From the NCBI RefSeq assembly GCF_035285525.1, contig NZ_JAYKGW010000033.1, forward strand, positions 1 through 28,561: 28,561 nt of DNA, given 5' to 3'. Below, one piece after another: positions 26,031 through 28,561 of this stretch (the stretch's first letter is position 1; each line of letters opens with the position of its first letter). Source of the DNA: Okeania sp. Lineage in GTDB: Bacteria > Cyanobacteriota > Cyanobacteriia > Cyanobacteriales > Microcoleaceae. Position numbers and translations under genes: made by a program. Below the pieces are notes generated by a model. That model did not search any database. It saw only the letters and a list, made by a program, of their open reading frames with translations, and was not told the origin of the DNA.

Positions 26031-26454
26031 AGGTTTAATTATATCAAAAATTTCCTTTGATTTGAGAAAAATAATTATACTTGAGAGAGGGAACAAAAAA
26101 GGGGGAAGAAGAAGTCAATTTAGGATGTATAATTAATTTTGCTTATGAACTTAAAAGAGATTTGTATTATTGTAGGCAAATCAGTTGCTCCCCAAATTTT
26201 TGTATGGGTCATTTCAGTTATCAGTAGAGAGTGAACCTCCGACTTTAGTTGGAGGCTTTAAATACTGAGTTAAAAGAGTTTGCGAATGGAAATAGAAAAG
26301 CTTTTACAGATAAAAACTATAGCCTTTTAAAATCCAGAAAAAGTGCTATTTTTTCATCATATAACTACCAAAAAGTACGGTTCCCCAGAAATAGGATTTT
26401 AGGCAGACCAAGGATAGAAAAATAAAGGAATAATTATTCCTCCTGCTTTCTCTT

Positions 26455-26650
26455 TATTCCCGAATAATTAACAATTAAAAGTTGATAATTAATAATTAAA
26501 AGTTGATAGTCAATAATTATTTATTCAACAATTTATCCCTGGAAGCCTCTCCTTTTCAAGGGATAAATAAAAAATTTTTATGATTAGTCAATCCCCTTCT
26601 TTGAAGAAGGGGTAATTATTAATTATTAATTGTTTATTATTAATTGCTGA
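26455..26650. mobile_element. MITE-like element, family C
   Basis: The left end is CCCGAATAATTAACAATTAAAAGTTGATAATTAATAATT, the core is CTGGAAGCCTCTCCTTTTCAAGGG, and the right end is GAAGGGGTAATTATTAATTATTAATTG. Confidence 0.5.
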
Positions 26651-26850
26651 ACACCCTGCCCACACTTTGCTTTTTTCAACCAACCCTAAATATTTTTTCA
26701 TTCCCTGAAAAGGGGAGGCACATACCCTCATTTTCTGGTAAAAAAAAGGTAACTCAACTCCCTCAAAAGGAACAAAAAGTGTAAACTTTCTATTGAGATA
26801 TTGATGGGTAGCAGAGAGAATAATTCATTGTTAAAATAACAGGAAAGAAA

Positions 26851-27273
26851 ATGATACAAAAATACCTCGAATATTTACAAAAACCTAGACTTGAGTTAGA
26901 TGGACACCCAATATGTCCATACGCCAAAAAGTTCATAGAAAATATCTCAGTATGGAACGCTGAAAATATGGTGGAGTCAGTCAAAAAATATGTCAACAAC
27001 TTTCCTGTAAATAAGAAGGTTATCATACTGATAGCTGACCCTAAAAAATATTCTATTGAAGAACTCCAAACTATCTGCGATGAAAATCAAACTGATAAAC
27101 TTTGGCTAGTTCCAGACCACCCAAACCAATACAATGAGATAGGTGGAGTGAAGACTAATAATGAAGATTATGCAATGATATTAATCCAAGATAGAGAAGA
27201 GTTGAAAAAATATTCTGATAAATTGCAAAAAACATCTTATTACAATTTTTGGTCTGAAGAATACTATAAATAG
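26851..27273 (+). CDS. Hypothetical protein, 140 aa, no family recognised
   Basis: This is an uninterrupted ORF with GGAAAGAAA upstream of the ATG. The sequence (..LDGHPICPYAKKF.., ..LWLVPDHPNQY..) matches nothing I can name. It is convergent with the sulfotransferase gene. Confidence 0.5.
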   Translation: MIQKYLEYLQKPRLELDGHPICPYAKKFIENISVWNAENMVESVKKYVNNFPVNKKVIILIADPKKYSIEELQTICDENQTDKLWLVPDHPNQYNEIGGVKTNNEDYAMILIQDREELKKYSDKLQKTSYYNFWSEEYYK

Positions 27274-27436
27274 ATAGTTGAGGGAAGATAACTTTCTGTA
27301 TCACTTCAGTTATTAGTTATTCTTTCTTTTATTATTGAAATAAATTAGTTTGTCTATTCTTTTTCCACTTCCTATTTAAAGTTCCATTGTAATAATAATT
27401 AATTCGATTCAATTATTTTCCTTTACTTCCTACTTC

Positions 27437-28315
27437 CTACTCCTTACTACCTATTTTAGGAATTTCCCATAAATTTTCGGCTTCAGTTCCAGCAGTTCTC
27501 ATCCTCAATTTTTCACTTAATCTCTGAATTTGAGAAACTGAAAAATGTAACTTCCAATCTCCCACTTTTCCTTTACGAATAAATGGAGTCATATTATTAG
27601 GACGTTCACTACACCAACGACTTTGATTTTTGCTCATGCTAGCAAAACTTGTATGGTGAATAATACTTTCTATAATTTGGGGATTAGCGATTTTTTCTAC
27701 ATAATTATCACCTAAAAATTCTGCTATAGCAGTAATATTTATTTTGGGGTTCTTTTTCATAGATTCATAAGTTAAAAACAGAACATTTTCATCATTTTTA
27801 TGTTGTACCCAACCAACTAAATGCTCGAAGTAATCTCCCCAGTCTACTTCTCCATTAATAAAACATTCAAAAAAATCATCAAATGTACCTTCAGCAAAAT
27901 TATAATGTTTGACAAATCCTTGAGTATGATAATAAAAAGAAACAGCACAATCAAAAGGATTACGAACTACATAAATATATTTTGCATCAGGATTATAGGG
28001 AGTTAAATCATAAGTTAAATGAGTTTTGATAAAACGAGGTTCCGATAAAGATTTGACAAAATCACCTCCCACTTCTTCGAGATGAGGAACTTCTAAATTA
28101 ATATTTTTATCTAAAGGCAATGGTTTACCATCGTGGGATAACATCCAAACAATATGTTGAGTCCAAGTTGTTCCACATTTAGGATAAGTAACAATAAAAG
28201 TGTCTGTTGTTTGAGCTTGATATGTCAGTCCAGAGTCAAAATTTTCTGGAGGAAATCCCATTGGTAGGCGAAAATTTTTGTGCAGTATATAGCTGGGTTT
28301 TATACTTGGTTTCAT
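27437..28315 (-). CDS. Cytosolic (SULT/Sulfotransfer_1)-type PAPS-dependent sulfotransferase
   Basis: The 5'-PSB loop is TYPKCGTTW and the catalytic-His context is FIKTHL. YVVRNPFDCAVSFYYH and the 3'-PB motif FIRKGKVGDWKLHFS closely mirror animal SULT motifs (TYPKSGTTW, KTHLP, RKGxxGDWKxxFT). Confidence 0.85.
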   Translation of the reverse strand: MKPSIKPSYILHKNFRLPMGFPPENFDSGLTYQAQTTDTFIVTYPKCGTTWTQHIVWMLSHDGKPLPLDKNINLEVPHLEEVGGDFVKSLSEPRFIKTHLTYDLTPYNPDAKYIYVVRNPFDCAVSFYYHTQGFVKHYNFAEGTFDDFFECFINGEVDWGDYFEHLVGWVQHKNDENVLFLTYESMKKNPKINITAIAEFLGDNYVEKIANPQIIESIIHHTSFASMSKNQSRWCSERPNNMTPFIRKGKVGDWKLHFSVSQIQRLSEKLRMRTAGTEAENLWEIPKIGSKE

Positions 28316-28471
28316 TAAGTTATACTCTCATTTTAGTTATCAATTATTATTTATAAAGTTGAGCTGATCTTCTACTTCAATTATTTAGAAAATTAAGTAG
28401 GAATTGACCAAATATTTTTTTTGATAATATTGTTACCATAAATTAATAGATTCAATTCTCATATTTTGATT

Positions 28472-28561
28472 ATGGTTTATTATCGCAAAACGTTAAATTC
28501 ATCCAATATTCAACTTTCTTATCTAGAATGGCAAACAGAAGAAAGTCAAGAAAAAAAACAA
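28472..28561 (+). CDS. 5' end of an ORF running off the window, possibly an alpha/beta hydrolase
   Basis: It starts at ATG 28472 and reads MVYYRKTLNSSNIQLSYLEWQTEESQEKKQ, open to the window edge. The I.LSYLEW pattern is common at alpha/beta-hydrolase N-termini. The evidence is weak. Confidence 0.3.
   Translation, partial: MVYYRKTLNSSNIQLSYLEWQTEESQEKKQ

Noticed and set aside
7610-28006. Short ORFs in the supplied track that lie antisense inside longer genes: 7610-7792, 8922-9224, 18081-18287, 20128-20391, 22121-22312, 22670-22984, 23770-23976, 24374-24631, 26790-27026, 27821-28006
   Set aside because: Each is fully or largely embedded opposite a CDS with strong family motifs. Each has low-complexity or odd composition and no recognisable domain. 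They are treated as shadow ORFs.

Overview
This is an AT-rich chromosomal segment (roughly two-thirds A+T by eye), most likely from a filamentous, Nostocales-like cyanobacterium. That assignment is an inference from several signals. HIP1 octamers GCGATCGC recur (e.g. 2287-2294, 13171-13178). STRR-like heptamer arrays are frequent. There is a ~600-aa aspartokinase with duplicated ACT pairs, a Uma2/DUF820 gene, a plsX-fabH-plsC cluster and an intron-containing tRNA. Core genes are a REC-GGDEF regulator, PBP4/dacB, plsX, fabH, plsC, DUF218, aspartokinase and a Hanks kinase. They are interleaved with accessory genes: a solo IS607-type serine recombinase, a BglII-like type II R-M pair, a decayed UPF0175/PIN toxin-antitoxin pair, a eukaryote-like sulfotransferase and a SWIM-finger orphan. 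Only about 56% of the window (about 16.1 of 28.6 kb) is covered by coding calls I can support. The long spacers hold at least six families of MITE-like or hairpin repeats plus several tandem arrays. The best-supported unusual features are listed here. (1) A tRNA-Arg(CCU) gene is split by a 246-nt group I intron (15972-16291, minus strand). (2) A tandem array of 199-229 bp units at 85-1245 re-copies the last ~25 codons of the upstream R-M-type gene and ends in a longer nonsense-bearing pseudo-copy (1251-1667). (3) A filled versus empty MITE insertion site pair lies within one spacer and shows a 3-bp GAT target duplication. (4) A Hanks kinase carries a zinc-ribbon and an RDD membrane domain and sits next to a STAS protein that lacks the phospho-serine. 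I see no CRISPR array, rRNA or prophage. No single multi-gene cluster stands out as an obvious new system. All family calls rest on motifs read by eye and remembered family signatures, not on database searches.
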